Below are positions 52,207 through 60,843 of a stretch of DNA of 64,000 nt, one piece after another. The first letter of the stretch is position 1. Each line of letters opens with the position of its first letter. The position numbers were made by a program, and so were the translations under genes. The stretch lies in NCBI GenBank assembly GCA_963703315.1, contig OY969811.1, forward strand, positions 384,001-448,000, given 5' to 3'. The DNA is from an uncultured cyanobacterium (GTDB taxonomy: Bacteria > Cyanobacteriota > Cyanobacteriia > Pseudanabaenales > Pseudanabaenaceae). Under the pieces are notes generated by a model. It ran no database searches. It saw only the letters and a program-made list of their open reading frames with translations, and had not been told where the DNA came from.

Positions 52207-52665
52207 GTGTTGAATCTCAAAGGTTATGGGAAAAGCTTTAAACAAGTCGCGATCGCCTTTTGCTTGATGGTTATACTAGTTGGGACGATGTTTTTACCAG
52301 TTTTAACTCAACCTGCACTAGCTCAAAGTGGAGCGACCGCCTCAGCCCGAAATGCATCTATCGAAAAGTTGCAAGTGCTTAGCGATCGCTTTGATCGTCT
52401 CGAAAAATTTGTCTATCAGCGCAACTGGAACGATGTCATCACTTATATTCATGGTCCCTTTGGCGAAATTCGCCGTGAAATCAGAGCGATCGTCGGTCAG
52501 TTAGACAAAACTCAGAAGAGCAAAGCTACTGATTTGGCAAATGACCTATTCAAAAACTTTATAAAAATTGATAATGCTGCCAAAGATAGAGATGGAACTG
52601 CGATCGATGCTGCATTTAAAGACGCACTCCAATCTTTTGAAGCCATCATTGATTTAGTCATCTAA
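52207..52665 (+). CDS. psbQ: Photosystem II extrinsic protein PsbQ-like
   Basis: Signal peptide, then RL..FV..RNW.DV.TYIHGP.GE.R...A..L...LF.....D.AA; start approximate. Confidence 0.78.
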   Translation: MLNLKGYGKSFKQVAIAFCLMVILVGTMFLPVLTQPALAQSGATASARNASIEKLQVLSDRFDRLEKFVYQRNWNDVITYIHGPFGEIRREIRAIVGQLDKTQKSKATDLANDLFKNFIKIDNAAKDRDGTAIDAAFKDALQSFEAIIDLVI

Positions 52666-52710
52666 ATTATAAAAGGGACGCTTTGCGTCCCTTTTATAAT
52701 TTATGGGTTT

Positions 52711-53850
52711 ATGCAAAAACCAATTTATCTTGATTGTCATGCTACTACACCTGTCGATGAGCGGGTGTTAGAAGCAATGTTGCCCTATTTTCGAGAGTCA
52801 TTTGGGAATCCTGCTAGCGGGCATCTGTACGGATGGGAAGCGGAGTCGGCAATTAAATTAGCGCGTGAGGCGATCGCCCATTCCATTAATGCGATACCTG
52901 AAGAAATTGTTTTTACCAGTGGTGCAACTGAAGCTAATAATCTGGCACTGAAGGGAGTTGCTGAGGCTTACCACCAAAAAGGGCGGCATATCATCACGGT
53001 TCAAACCGAACATAACGCCATTCTCGATCCCTGTAGTTATTTACAATCTCTAGGATTTGAGATTACCTATTTAGCTGTTCAATCCGATGGTCTCATTGAT
53101 TTACAGGAATTAGAAGCTGCGATTCGTCCAGATACAATTTTAGTCTCAGTCATGGCGGCAAATAATGAGATTGGGGTGTTGCAACCGATCGCTACCATTG
53201 GTGCAATCTGTCGCGATCGCCAAGTTCTCTTTCATAGCGATGCCGCTCAAGCGATCGGTAAAATCCCCCTTGATGTGAAGGCAATGCAGATTGATTTGAT
53301 GTCGCTCACTGCCCACAAAATCTATGGTGCAAAGGGAATTGGTGCTTTATATGTAGGTCGTCGTCCTAGAGTCAATCTTGCACCACAGTTACATGGAGGC
53401 GGACATGAAAGGGGAATGCGTTCTGGAACTCTCTACACTCCACAAATTGTTGGTTTTGCTAAGGCGATGGAAATAGCGATCGCTTCTCAAGTTGAGGAAC
53501 AACATCAAGCTCTAACACTAAGACAACATTTATGGGAACGCTTAAGTGAGCTTGATTGTGTACTGCTCAATGGACATCCTAGCCAACGACTTGCGGGTAA
53601 TCTCAATGTTAGTTTTAAGGGAATTAATGGAACTGCTTTAATCTTAGCTTTACAACCAGTTGTTGCCATCTCTTCAGGTTCCGCTTGTAGCTCCGCCAAG
53701 ACTTCCCCTTCCCATGTTCTCACGGCTCTCGGACATTCCAAAGAACTAGCTTATGCTTCCATTCGTTTTGGTATTGGCAGATTTAATACCTTTGATCAGA
53801 TAGAAACTGTTGCCAATCATGTGATTGTGTCAGTGCGATCGCTTCAGTGA
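52711..53850 (+). CDS. iscS: Cysteine desulfurase (IscS/NifS)
   Basis: YLD..ATTP, FTSGATE.NN, ANNEIG, HSDAAQ, TAHKIYG.KG, SSGSAC. Confidence 0.93.
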   Translation: MQKPIYLDCHATTPVDERVLEAMLPYFRESFGNPASGHLYGWEAESAIKLAREAIAHSINAIPEEIVFTSGATEANNLALKGVAEAYHQKGRHIITVQTEHNAILDPCSYLQSLGFEITYLAVQSDGLIDLQELEAAIRPDTILVSVMAANNEIGVLQPIATIGAICRDRQVLFHSDAAQAIGKIPLDVKAMQIDLMSLTAHKIYGAKGIGALYVGRRPRVNLAPQLHGGGHERGMRSGTLYTPQIVGFAKAMEIAIASQVEEQHQALTLRQHLWERLSELDCVLLNGHPSQRLAGNLNVSFKGINGTALILALQPVVAISSGSACSSAKTSPSHVLTALGHSKELAYASIRFGIGRFNTFDQIETVANHVIVSVRSLQ

Positions 53851-54219
53851 TTTGGAGTCTGCCATAAATCGTTACAGTTATTGATCGCCAAATCAGGCAA
53901 GATCTATTGCTAAAGGTTCTCAAAATTTCTTCAGCCTTTAGTTTATAAGTTCTCAGAGAAATGTCAATCTTTGCGAAGCTTAGTAAATAAATGTGATGAT
54001 AATCAAATTTGGTGCTTTTACAGTAGATATAATTAGAACGTATCAATGGATTTAAGGTATTTATACCAAGCAAAAAACTTGATTTTAAGACTTAATTAAT
54101 GAGTCATTTATCGAAAAGTTCTTAATTAATCTCTTAACTAGTGTTTGAGGCTGCAACTTGATCCATCTTGATCCATGAATTTGATCTAATCATTAACTTG
54201 GTTAGGGAGTTAAATTATC

Positions 54220-56658
54220 ATGACTAGCTTGACTTTCGCTTCAGAAACATCTAGAAATATCCCCAAGGAACAAGCGTTAGTTCTTTGGTTTGACGAGGTA
54301 GGAATTTCGGATATTCCTCTAGTGGGTGGGAAAAATGCTTCTCTAGGAGAAATGATTCGGCAACTGCAACCCAAAGGGGTAAATGTTCCCAATGGCTTTG
54401 CAACTACTGCCTACGCTTTCCGTTATTTTATTGAGAAAGCAGGTCTAGAAGTCAAACTGCGTGAACTCTTTGCCGATCTCGATATTGAGGACATGAATAA
54501 CCTGCGCGATCGCGGTCGGCAGGCACGAGCTTTAGTTCTCAGCACCCCATTTCCTGACGATCTGCAAATGGCGATCGCTATGTCCTATCAGAAACTCTGC
54601 GATTGCGAGACTTCCTGCGGTAAAGAAGCTGATGTCGCTGTCCGTTCTAGCGCCACCGCCGAAGACTTGCCCGATGCCAGCTTCGCAGGACAACAGGAAA
54701 CCTATCTGAATGTCTATGGTGCGAACGAAGTTGTCGATGCTTGCCATCGCTGCTTTGCCTCACTATTCACCGATCGCGCCATTTCCTACCGTACCATCAA
54801 TGGTTTCGATCATTTCGATGTAGCGCTCTCCGTCGGTGTACAGAAAATGGTACGTTCTGATCTTGCCGCCTCTGGTGTCATGTTTTCTATCGACACCGAA
54901 ACAGGCTTTAAAAATGCAGCGTTAATCACCGCCGCCTATGGCTTAGGTGAAAATGTCGTGCAGGGTGCAGTCAATCCCGACGAGTATTTTGTTTTCAAAC
55001 CCACTCTCAAACAAGGATTCCGTCCCATTCTCGAAAAGCGCCTTGGTACAAAGGAAATCAAGATGGTCTATGACATTGGCGGCGGTAAGCTGACCAAGAA
55101 TATTTCCGTCCCCATTTCCGAACGGGTCAAGTTCGCGATTACCGATGATGAAATCCTCAAACTCGCAGAATGGACTTGTATCATTGAAGATCACTATTCG
55201 GAAGTACGCGGCAAGCTGTCACCAATGGATATTGAATGGGCAAAGGATGGCAAAACTGGTGAGTTGTTCATCGTTCAAGCCCGTCCTGAAACCGTTCAGT
55301 CGCAAAAATCTGGCAACATTCTCAAGAACTACAAGCTGAATGGATCTAGCAATGTCCTGATTGCAGGTCGTGCCGTTGGCGAAATGATTGGTCAAGGCAA
55401 AGCCAACGTAATTCTGGAAGTGAATAACATTGAAGATTTCCAAGCGGGTGAAGTACTGGTCACGAACAAGACTGATCCTGATTGGGAACCCATCATGAAG
55501 AAGGCGAGTGCGATCGTCACAAATCAAGGTGGACGCACCTGCCACGCCGCCATCATTGCGCGAGAAATGGGTATTCCTGCGATCGTTGGTTGCAGCAATG
55601 CTACAGGTGTGATCAAAACTGGTCAGGAAGTCACGATTTCCTGTGCAGAAGGTGAAGAAGGCAAGGTTTATGAGGGGCTAGTTCCCTTTGAAGTAATCGA
55701 AACTTCCCTCGATAATTTGCCTACACTTTCCACCAAAATCTTGATGAATGTGGGTAATCCCGAAGAAGCCTTTGGTTTATCTTCCATTCCCTGCGATGGC
55801 GTTGGCTTAGCCCGTATGGAGTTCATCATTGCTAACCACATCAAAGCCCATCCCCTCGCCCTGATGAACTTCGACACCCTCGAAGACAAAGCGGCGAAAT
55901 GGGAAATCTCCCAACTGACAGCACGCTATGAAAACAAGGCTGACTTCTTTGTAGACAAGTTGGCTCACGGTATCGGCACGATCGCCGCCGCATTTTATCC
56001 CAAGCCTGTTGTGGTGCGAATGTCCGACTTCAAGAGCAACGAATACGCCAATCTCCTTGGTGGTCGCGCCTTTGAACCTACCGAAGAAAATCCGATGATC
56101 GGCTGGCGTGGTGCATCCCGCTACTACGATCCTAAATATCGCGAAGCCTACGGTTTGGAATGTCAAGCCCTGAAGCGTGTCCGCGATGACATGGGCTTAA
56201 CCAACGTGATTCCCATGATTCCTTTCTGTCGCACTCCTGAAGAAGGTCGTAAGGTGCTTGCGGAAATGGAAAAACATGGCTTGAAGCGTGGTGAAAATGG
56301 ATTAGAAGTCTATGTGATGTGCGAAATCCCCAGTAACGTGATCTTGGCGGATGAGTTCTCCCAAGTCTTTGATGGCTTCTCGATTGGTTCCAATGATCTC
56401 ACACAGTTGACCCTCGGCTTAGATCGTGACTCTTCTCTTGTTGCCCATATCTTTGATGAGCGCAATGAAGCGGTTAAGTCAATGGTTCGCACGGTTATTC
56501 AAAAGGCAAAGGCTAATCACCGCAAGATTGGTATTTGTGGTCAAGCTCCTAGTGACTATCCAGAGTTTGCGAAGTTCCTTGTTGAGCAAGGCATTGACTC
56601 CATCAGTCTCAATCCTGATTCTGTCTTGAAGACAATGCTCGAACTCGCGAAAATGTAA
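54220..56658 (+). CDS. ppsA: Phosphoenolpyruvate synthase
   Basis: VGGKNASLGEM, VRSSATAED, GGRTCHAAIIARE, EENPMIGWRG, FSIGSNDLTQ. Confidence 0.98.
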   Translation: MTSLTFASETSRNIPKEQALVLWFDEVGISDIPLVGGKNASLGEMIRQLQPKGVNVPNGFATTAYAFRYFIEKAGLEVKLRELFADLDIEDMNNLRDRGRQARALVLSTPFPDDLQMAIAMSYQKLCDCETSCGKEADVAVRSSATAEDLPDASFAGQQETYLNVYGANEVVDACHRCFASLFTDRAISYRTINGFDHFDVALSVGVQKMVRSDLAASGVMFSIDTETGFKNAALITAAYGLGENVVQGAVNPDEYFVFKPTLKQGFRPILEKRLGTKEIKMVYDIGGGKLTKNISVPISERVKFAITDDEILKLAEWTCIIEDHYSEVRGKLSPMDIEWAKDGKTGELFIVQARPETVQSQKSGNILKNYKLNGSSNVLIAGRAVGEMIGQGKANVILEVNNIEDFQAGEVLVTNKTDPDWEPIMKKASAIVTNQGGRTCHAAIIAREMGIPAIVGCSNATGVIKTGQEVTISCAEGEEGKVYEGLVPFEVIETSLDNLPTLSTKILMNVGNPEEAFGLSSIPCDGVGLARMEFIIANHIKAHPLALMNFDTLEDKAAKWEISQLTARYENKADFFVDKLAHGIGTIAAAFYPKPVVVRMSDFKSNEYANLLGGRAFEPTEENPMIGWRGASRYYDPKYREAYGLECQALKRVRDDMGLTNVIPMIPFCRTPEEGRKVLAEMEKHGLKRGENGLEVYVMCEIPSNVILADEFSQVFDGFSIGSNDLTQLTLGLDRDSSLVAHIFDERNEAVKSMVRTVIQKAKANHRKIGICGQAPSDYPEFAKFLVEQGIDSISLNPDSVLKTMLELAKM

Positions 56659-56659
56659 A

Positions 56660-56691
56660 TAAAAAAGCGGCGCTTAGCGCCGCTTTTTTTA
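56660..56691 (+). terminator. ppsA terminator
   Basis: aaaaaagcggcgc-tta-gcgccgcttttttt; essentially identical copy at ~61446-61476. Confidence 0.8.
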
Positions 56692-56746
56692 TGACTTAAC
56701 TTACTAGCATCAATTAAAATATGAGTAATAGTCTTTAATAATCAAT

Positions 56747-57004
56747 ATGCCTCTCAATGAGCTTTTACCAACTGTTAGCCAATTAAACCATGAGGATAAA
56801 CTTCGGTTAATCCATTTTCTTTTGCTTGCTGTAGCGAAAGAAGAAGGTTGTAATTTGGAAGCAACACAGGTTAATCCAGAACAAAATCTACTCAATCAAT
56901 TAGCATCAACTCATGCAGTCGTATGGTCGCCTCAAGCTGATGCTCAAGCAGTTACAGCCTTATCAGATCTTTTGAGAGATGCAAAGGAAAAAGCAAATGC
57001 TTAA
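56747..57004 (+). CDS. Small hypothetical protein (antitoxin-like)
   Basis: ELLP.V.QL...DKLRLIHFL helical pattern; overlaps next gene. Confidence 0.7.
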   Translation: MPLNELLPTVSQLNHEDKLRLIHFLLLAVAKEEGCNLEATQVNPEQNLLNQLASTHAVVWSPQADAQAVTALSDLLRDAKEKANA

Positions 57005-57416
57005 TGGACAACGCTTTAATTTTATCGAGAAAATTGATAGCGCTGGGCGATCAGTCGTTATGCCCTATTTGCCTTTGCGGCTTACTAATGGCAGTCAATC
57101 TATAGAAGTCCTAGCTTTATTGGATACAGGGGCAAGTGTAAACGTATTACCCTATGACATGGGCTTACAATTAGGAGCAGTTTGGGAAAAGCAAATAGTA
57201 AAAATTCCATTAAGTGGCAATCTTTCTCGCAATGAAGCAAAAGGTTTAGTTTTGTCTGGTACTGTTGGAAATTTCTCAAGCACCTTATTCGCTTTTGCTT
57301 GGACTCAATCAAATGATTCACCTGTAATTCTTGGACATATGAACTTCTTTACTGAGTTCAATGTTTGTTTCTATCGCCATGAATTAGCTTTTGAGATTAG
57401 CTCAGTATCAAGGTAA
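56997..57416 (+). CDS. Retropepsin-like aspartyl protease
   Basis: ALLDTGASVNVLP and C-terminal ILG..NFF. Confidence 0.82.
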   Translation: MLNGQRFNFIEKIDSAGRSVVMPYLPLRLTNGSQSIEVLALLDTGASVNVLPYDMGLQLGAVWEKQIVKIPLSGNLSRNEAKGLVLSGTVGNFSSTLFAFAWTQSNDSPVILGHMNFFTEFNVCFYRHELAFEISSVSR

Positions 57417-57552
57417 TGCGATCACCTAACACACTAAAAAACCTGTAAATTTATTTATCACAAATAAAACAATAATTCAGCAATTATTTGTTAGCTAACT
57501 ATTGACAAAATAGATTTTGCTGTAGTTAAATAAATCAGGACAGAAAATATCC

Positions 57553-57738
57553 AATATTTGGGTATACGTCTTAAGCAGAATACGAGCGCTTCTCAGTTCA
57601 GTGTATATTCATTATTTTGACTTAGCACTAATTGAATGCATTTTGGCAATTATACAAAGAGTACTAGTTCAACATACTGAGTATGCACCGAACTGAGAGG
57701 CGCTTGTATTCTGCTTAAGACGTTTACGGTCAAATATT
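57553..57738 (+). ncRNA. Long imperfect hairpin (putative structured leader or ncRNA)
   Basis: Arms 57566-57629 and 57660-57723 pair at 54/64 Watson-Crick positions plus 5 G-U on the + strand; outer aatatttg/caaatatt extension. Confidence 0.7.
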
Positions 57739-57833
57739 CTAGAGAAGTATGCTATCTATGCATAGGCTTTTCGTATATTTGGCAATTTGATATTTCAAGT
57801 CTGTTAAACAATTATTTAACGGAGCTATTTGAA

Positions 57834-58121
57834 ATGCCTAAGCAAATGAATAAAAAACAAAAGGATGCTCTAAAGTATCAACTTGCCTACGTTATAGGGT
57901 TTGGGGTGTCTTGTTTTTGGAAAACTTGTTGTTCTTCGTCTGATGTATTTACGCTTGATGAGCTAACTCTTGATCATCTAATCCCTAAAAGTAAAGGTGG
58001 CTCGAATAACCGAGAGAATTTACGCCTTACCTGTATTCATTGTAATAGGTCGCGCGGTAATAGCTTATTTCCACCTTCACAAAAGTATAGAAGTTCATCT
58101 TTGAACAACTCTGATAAATAG
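57834..58121 (+). CDS. Small HNH endonuclease
   Basis: TLDHLIPKSKGGSN..ENLRLTC.HCN.SRGN, upstream Cys cluster; RBS ggag. Confidence 0.88.
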   Translation: MPKQMNKKQKDALKYQLAYVIGFGVSCFWKTCCSSSDVFTLDELTLDHLIPKSKGGSNNRENLRLTCIHCNRSRGNSLFPPSQKYRSSSLNNSDK

Positions 58122-58129
58122 CTTTTGTG

Positions 58130-58166
58130 CAACTAAAACCTAGATTTTAAATTTAGGTTTTAGTTG
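58130..58166 (+). other. Intergenic hairpin between HNH gene and rnc
   Basis: caactaaaacctaga-ttttaaa-tttaggttttagttg, ~15-bp stem. Confidence 0.6.
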
Positions 58167-58206
58167 ATTTAGACAACTATATTTCTAACAAATAAACTCA
58201 ATAAAA

Positions 58207-58887
58207 ATGCATAAACTTTTGATTTTTAATGACGAAAAATTACTTCGTCGTGCGCTTACTCATCGCTCTTTTGTGAATGAAAACTTTGATGAATCTGGAC
58301 ATAATGAAAGACTAGAATTTCTTGGCGATGCCATTCTTAATTTCATTAGTGGAGAATATCTATATGAACAAAACCCTGAAATGGCAGAAGATGAAATGAC
58401 TCGCAGACGTTCTGCTCTTGTGGATGAAAAACAACTTTCTCGATTTGCTACTGAAGTTGGACTAGATTTTAGAATCCGTTTGGGAGAAGGTGCAAAAAGA
58501 GAAGGTGGTTTTACTAATCCTAATATTCTGAGCAGTACATTTGAAGCGGTTGTTGGCGCTTATTACTTAGATAATAAGCGTAATATCGATGTACTTCGTC
58601 CTTTAATAGCACAACTATTTGACTCTGTGCCAAAAGATGTCATGGTTGTTCGCTCTAGTATAGATTCCAAAAATAAACTTCAGGAATTTGTGCAGGCAAA
58701 TGGAGAACCAAAGCCAGATTATAAAACTGAGCAGGTCGGCGGAATGTCTCATGCTCCAGAATTTCTAGCTAAAGTTTATGTCAATGGCAAAATTTGTGGT
58801 GAAGGGAAAGGACGTAATAAGAAAGAGGCAGAGAAAGAAGCTGCGGCTGACGCACTAGCTAAACTAAAAAAGCGGGGATTTCTTTAA
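58207..58887 (+). CDS. rnc: Ribonuclease III (accessory paralog)
   Basis: ALTHRS, NERLEFLGDA signature, FEA.VGA.YLD, dsRBD (KNKLQE..Q...H.PEF...G.G.NKKEAE..AA). Confidence 0.95.
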   Translation: MHKLLIFNDEKLLRRALTHRSFVNENFDESGHNERLEFLGDAILNFISGEYLYEQNPEMAEDEMTRRRSALVDEKQLSRFATEVGLDFRIRLGEGAKREGGFTNPNILSSTFEAVVGAYYLDNKRNIDVLRPLIAQLFDSVPKDVMVVRSSIDSKNKLQEFVQANGEPKPDYKTEQVGGMSHAPEFLAKVYVNGKICGEGKGRNKKEAEKEAAADALAKLKKRGFL

Positions 58888-58934
58888 ATACTCAATTCAA
58901 AAGCAATTGGTACATTGGTTGGCTTGAATATCTT

Positions 58935-59129
58935 GGCGATCCCTGTTTGATATTGAGAGAATAGACGATTAGGTTTGTTGGTTATGAGGGGAGATCGCTG
59001 TTTGGTTTTGAGATTTAGGCGATCGGGTTTATGGGTGGTGAGGGGCGATCGCTATTTGATTGGGGAATAGGCGATCGGGTTTATGGGTGGTGAGGGGTGA
59101 TCGCTGTTTGATTTTTATGGAGGGGCGAT
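58935..59129. repeat. HIP1-based tandem repeat cluster 1
   Basis: Alternating ~26-27 nt units GCGATCGCTGTTTGAT... and GCGATCGGGTTTATGGGTGGTGAGG. Confidence 0.85.
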
Positions 59130-59465
59130 TCAACTTAAAATTACTAATATCGACTCAGATGGATTGCTGTCTAGCAAATAAATTTGTTCCTTATATTTAG
59201 TGATTAGTGCTACGAGAATATCACGATTACAATTGCCAATTCTCAACCAGACAAGCTTCGGCGGATGCCCATAAAGCAAACTCCGTTGATAAAAATCTGA
59301 ATCCTTGGAAACTATTGTAAATCCATTGTCTTGAGCATATTCCCAAACATCCTCATCAGGAAATCCCTTCAATCCGCAATCACGAACGTGCATACTCTCT
59401 GGAAAATCTACAGATAATATACGCGGCAACTTTGGAGATAAATTCTCATCAAACAGCAACTTCAT
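59130..59465 (-). CDS. DUF5615 PIN-like toxin
   Basis: MKLLFDENLS...HVRD.GL...DE.VW.YA...IVSKDSDF...PPK.VWLR.GN. Confidence 0.88.
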   Translation of the reverse strand: MKLLFDENLSPKLPRILSVDFPESMHVRDCGLKGFPDEDVWEYAQDNGFTIVSKDSDFYQRSLLYGHPPKLVWLRIGNCNRDILVALITKYKEQIYLLDSNPSESILVILS

Positions 59466-59688
59466 AGGGAACCACTGTTAAACTGCGATCGCGATCAGCT
59501 GCAAAAGCAAAACAAGCCTGTATATCCGCAAGGGTTAAATCAGGAAAATCATCTAATACTTCGTCAACAGTCATCCCACCGCCAAGATAGTCAAACACAT
59601 CTGATACGGCAATGCGTGTATTAACTATACATGGCTTACCACTACGAATATTCGGACTGATGCGTATGCGATCGCGATATTTTTTCAT
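59449..59688 (-). CDS. DUF433 antitoxin-like protein
   Basis: RI.I.P.IRSGKPCI..TRI.V.DV...L..G....E.L.DFPDLT..DI.AC. Confidence 0.88.
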   Translation of the reverse strand: MKKYRDRIRISPNIRSGKPCIVNTRIAVSDVFDYLGGGMTVDEVLDDFPDLTLADIQACFAFAADRDRSLTVVPYEVAV

Positions 59689-59753
59689 AACCAAGATTTG
59701 CACATAACTAATTTCATAATAACAGCGTCCTTAAAAGAATTTAGAGATTGAGG

Positions 59754-59828
59754 GGCGATCGCTGTTTGATTTGGGGGGAAGAGGCGATCGGGTTTTAGGG
59801 GTGATGAGTGGGCGATCGCTGTTTGATT
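59754..59828. repeat. HIP1-based tandem repeat cluster 2
   Basis: Same A/B units as cluster 1. Confidence 0.8.
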
Positions 59829-60107
59829 TTAAGCAACCTCACTCAAAGCGTCACGAATCACCTCATCACTCACACCGTGCCGCTTTAAGCTCTCAATAAA
59901 TATAGAAACAGTATCCCCATCTAATCTCTCAAGATCAGCACGAAGCCCTTGACCAATATAAGCACGAACTAAAGGCTGATATCCAGAAAATCCTAACAAT
60001 GGTGCAACTTTTTTCAAATCTTCAATTACATCCTCAGGAATACGGATTGTCACCGTTGCCATCGGACGATTTCGATCCAATCGTTTTTTTAAAGCTTCAG
60101 TTTTCAT
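59829..60107 (-). CDS. Putative RHH antitoxin partner of BrnT
   Basis: VTIRIPEDVIEDLK.VA..LGFSGYQPL.RAYI; overlaps brnT 3' end. Confidence 0.78.
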   Translation of the reverse strand: MKTEALKKRLDRNRPMATVTIRIPEDVIEDLKKVAPLLGFSGYQPLVRAYIGQGLRADLERLDGDTVSIFIESLKRHGVSDEVIRDALSEVA

Positions 60108-60393
60108 AATATTCATGCTCCTTGCGAGTTGCTTTTCTTGCAGAAATAATCCGAACTAGATCGTTCTCCCGTTCAACATAAACAACGTAAAGAAGATTCC
60201 ATCGTTTATCTAAAGCAATCACAGCGTCTCGTTCCTCATCATTACGACTTGCATCAACTACTACTAAAAATGGATCAAAAAAGGCTTCAGTAGCTTGCTG
60301 AAATGTCACACCATCATGATTAATCTGATTAATTCGAGCCTTCTCCTCATTCCAAACAAATTTAATCCCGTTCAGTACAAAATACACATCCGT
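60097..60393 (-). CDS. BrnT-family toxin; probable start codon reads ACG
   Basis: F.WNEEKA..N...H.GV.F..A..AFFD...ER...I...RIISARKAT.KE. Confidence 0.8.
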   Translation of the reverse strand, partial: TDVYFVLNGIKFVWNEEKARINQINHDGVTFQQATEAFFDPFLVVVDASRNDEERDAVIALDKRWNLLYVVYVERENDLVRIISARKATRKEHEYYEN

Positions 60394-60400
60394 ACCGTAT

Positions 60401-60430
60401 ATTTTAGCCAAAGCGTATTTACGTTGTCAA
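60401..60430 (-). promoter_or_regulatory. Sigma70-type promoter of the brnT cassette
   Basis: TTGACA-18 nt-TAAAAT on the minus strand; 7 nt separate the -10 from the ACG at 60393. Confidence 0.7.
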
Positions 60431-60460
60431 TACAAATTTATCCAAAGATTTTGTGCTGGT

Positions 60461-60579
60461 GGTGATCGCTGTTTGATGTGGAGATTTAGGCGATCGCTGT
60501 TTGATTTGGAGGGATTGGCGATCGGGTTTTGTGAGTTGTGAAGGAGCGATCGCTGTTTGATTTGAGGGAATAGGCTATC
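60461..60579. repeat. HIP1-based tandem repeat cluster 3
   Basis: Same units as cluster 1. Confidence 0.8.
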
Positions 60580-60825
60580 TTATGCCACACTAGCCATAAG
60601 CCTAACTGATGGTCTATCCGCACGAGTCGGCAAACGGAAATAACTCATCGGCAAAGTGACAACTGAAACTGTATTACCCAGCATATCGAAAAACTCAACA
60701 CTATAACCAGTTTCCAATCCAATGACATCATGCCGTTCTACCACCGTTCCAATATCCCCAGCATAAACTCCCTCATCAGGTAGATTAGTTAATAGAATTA
60801 CATCAGAATAAAGTGGAAAATTCAT
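60580..60825 (-). CDS. DUF4926-family protein
   Basis: V.L...LP..G...GD.GTVVE.......GYSVEFFD..G.T..VV.L. Confidence 0.8.
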   Translation of the reverse strand: MNFPLYSDVILLTNLPDEGVYAGDIGTVVERHDVIGLETGYSVEFFDMLGNTVSVVTLPMSYFRLPTRADRPSVRLMASVA

Positions 60826-60843
60826 TGCAGCCTCCAAATATTG

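Noticed and set aside
57553..58121. IscB/HEARO (OMEGA) system
   Set aside because: The HNH protein is only 95 aa with no PLMP or RuvC motifs, and the RNA is a single long hairpin.
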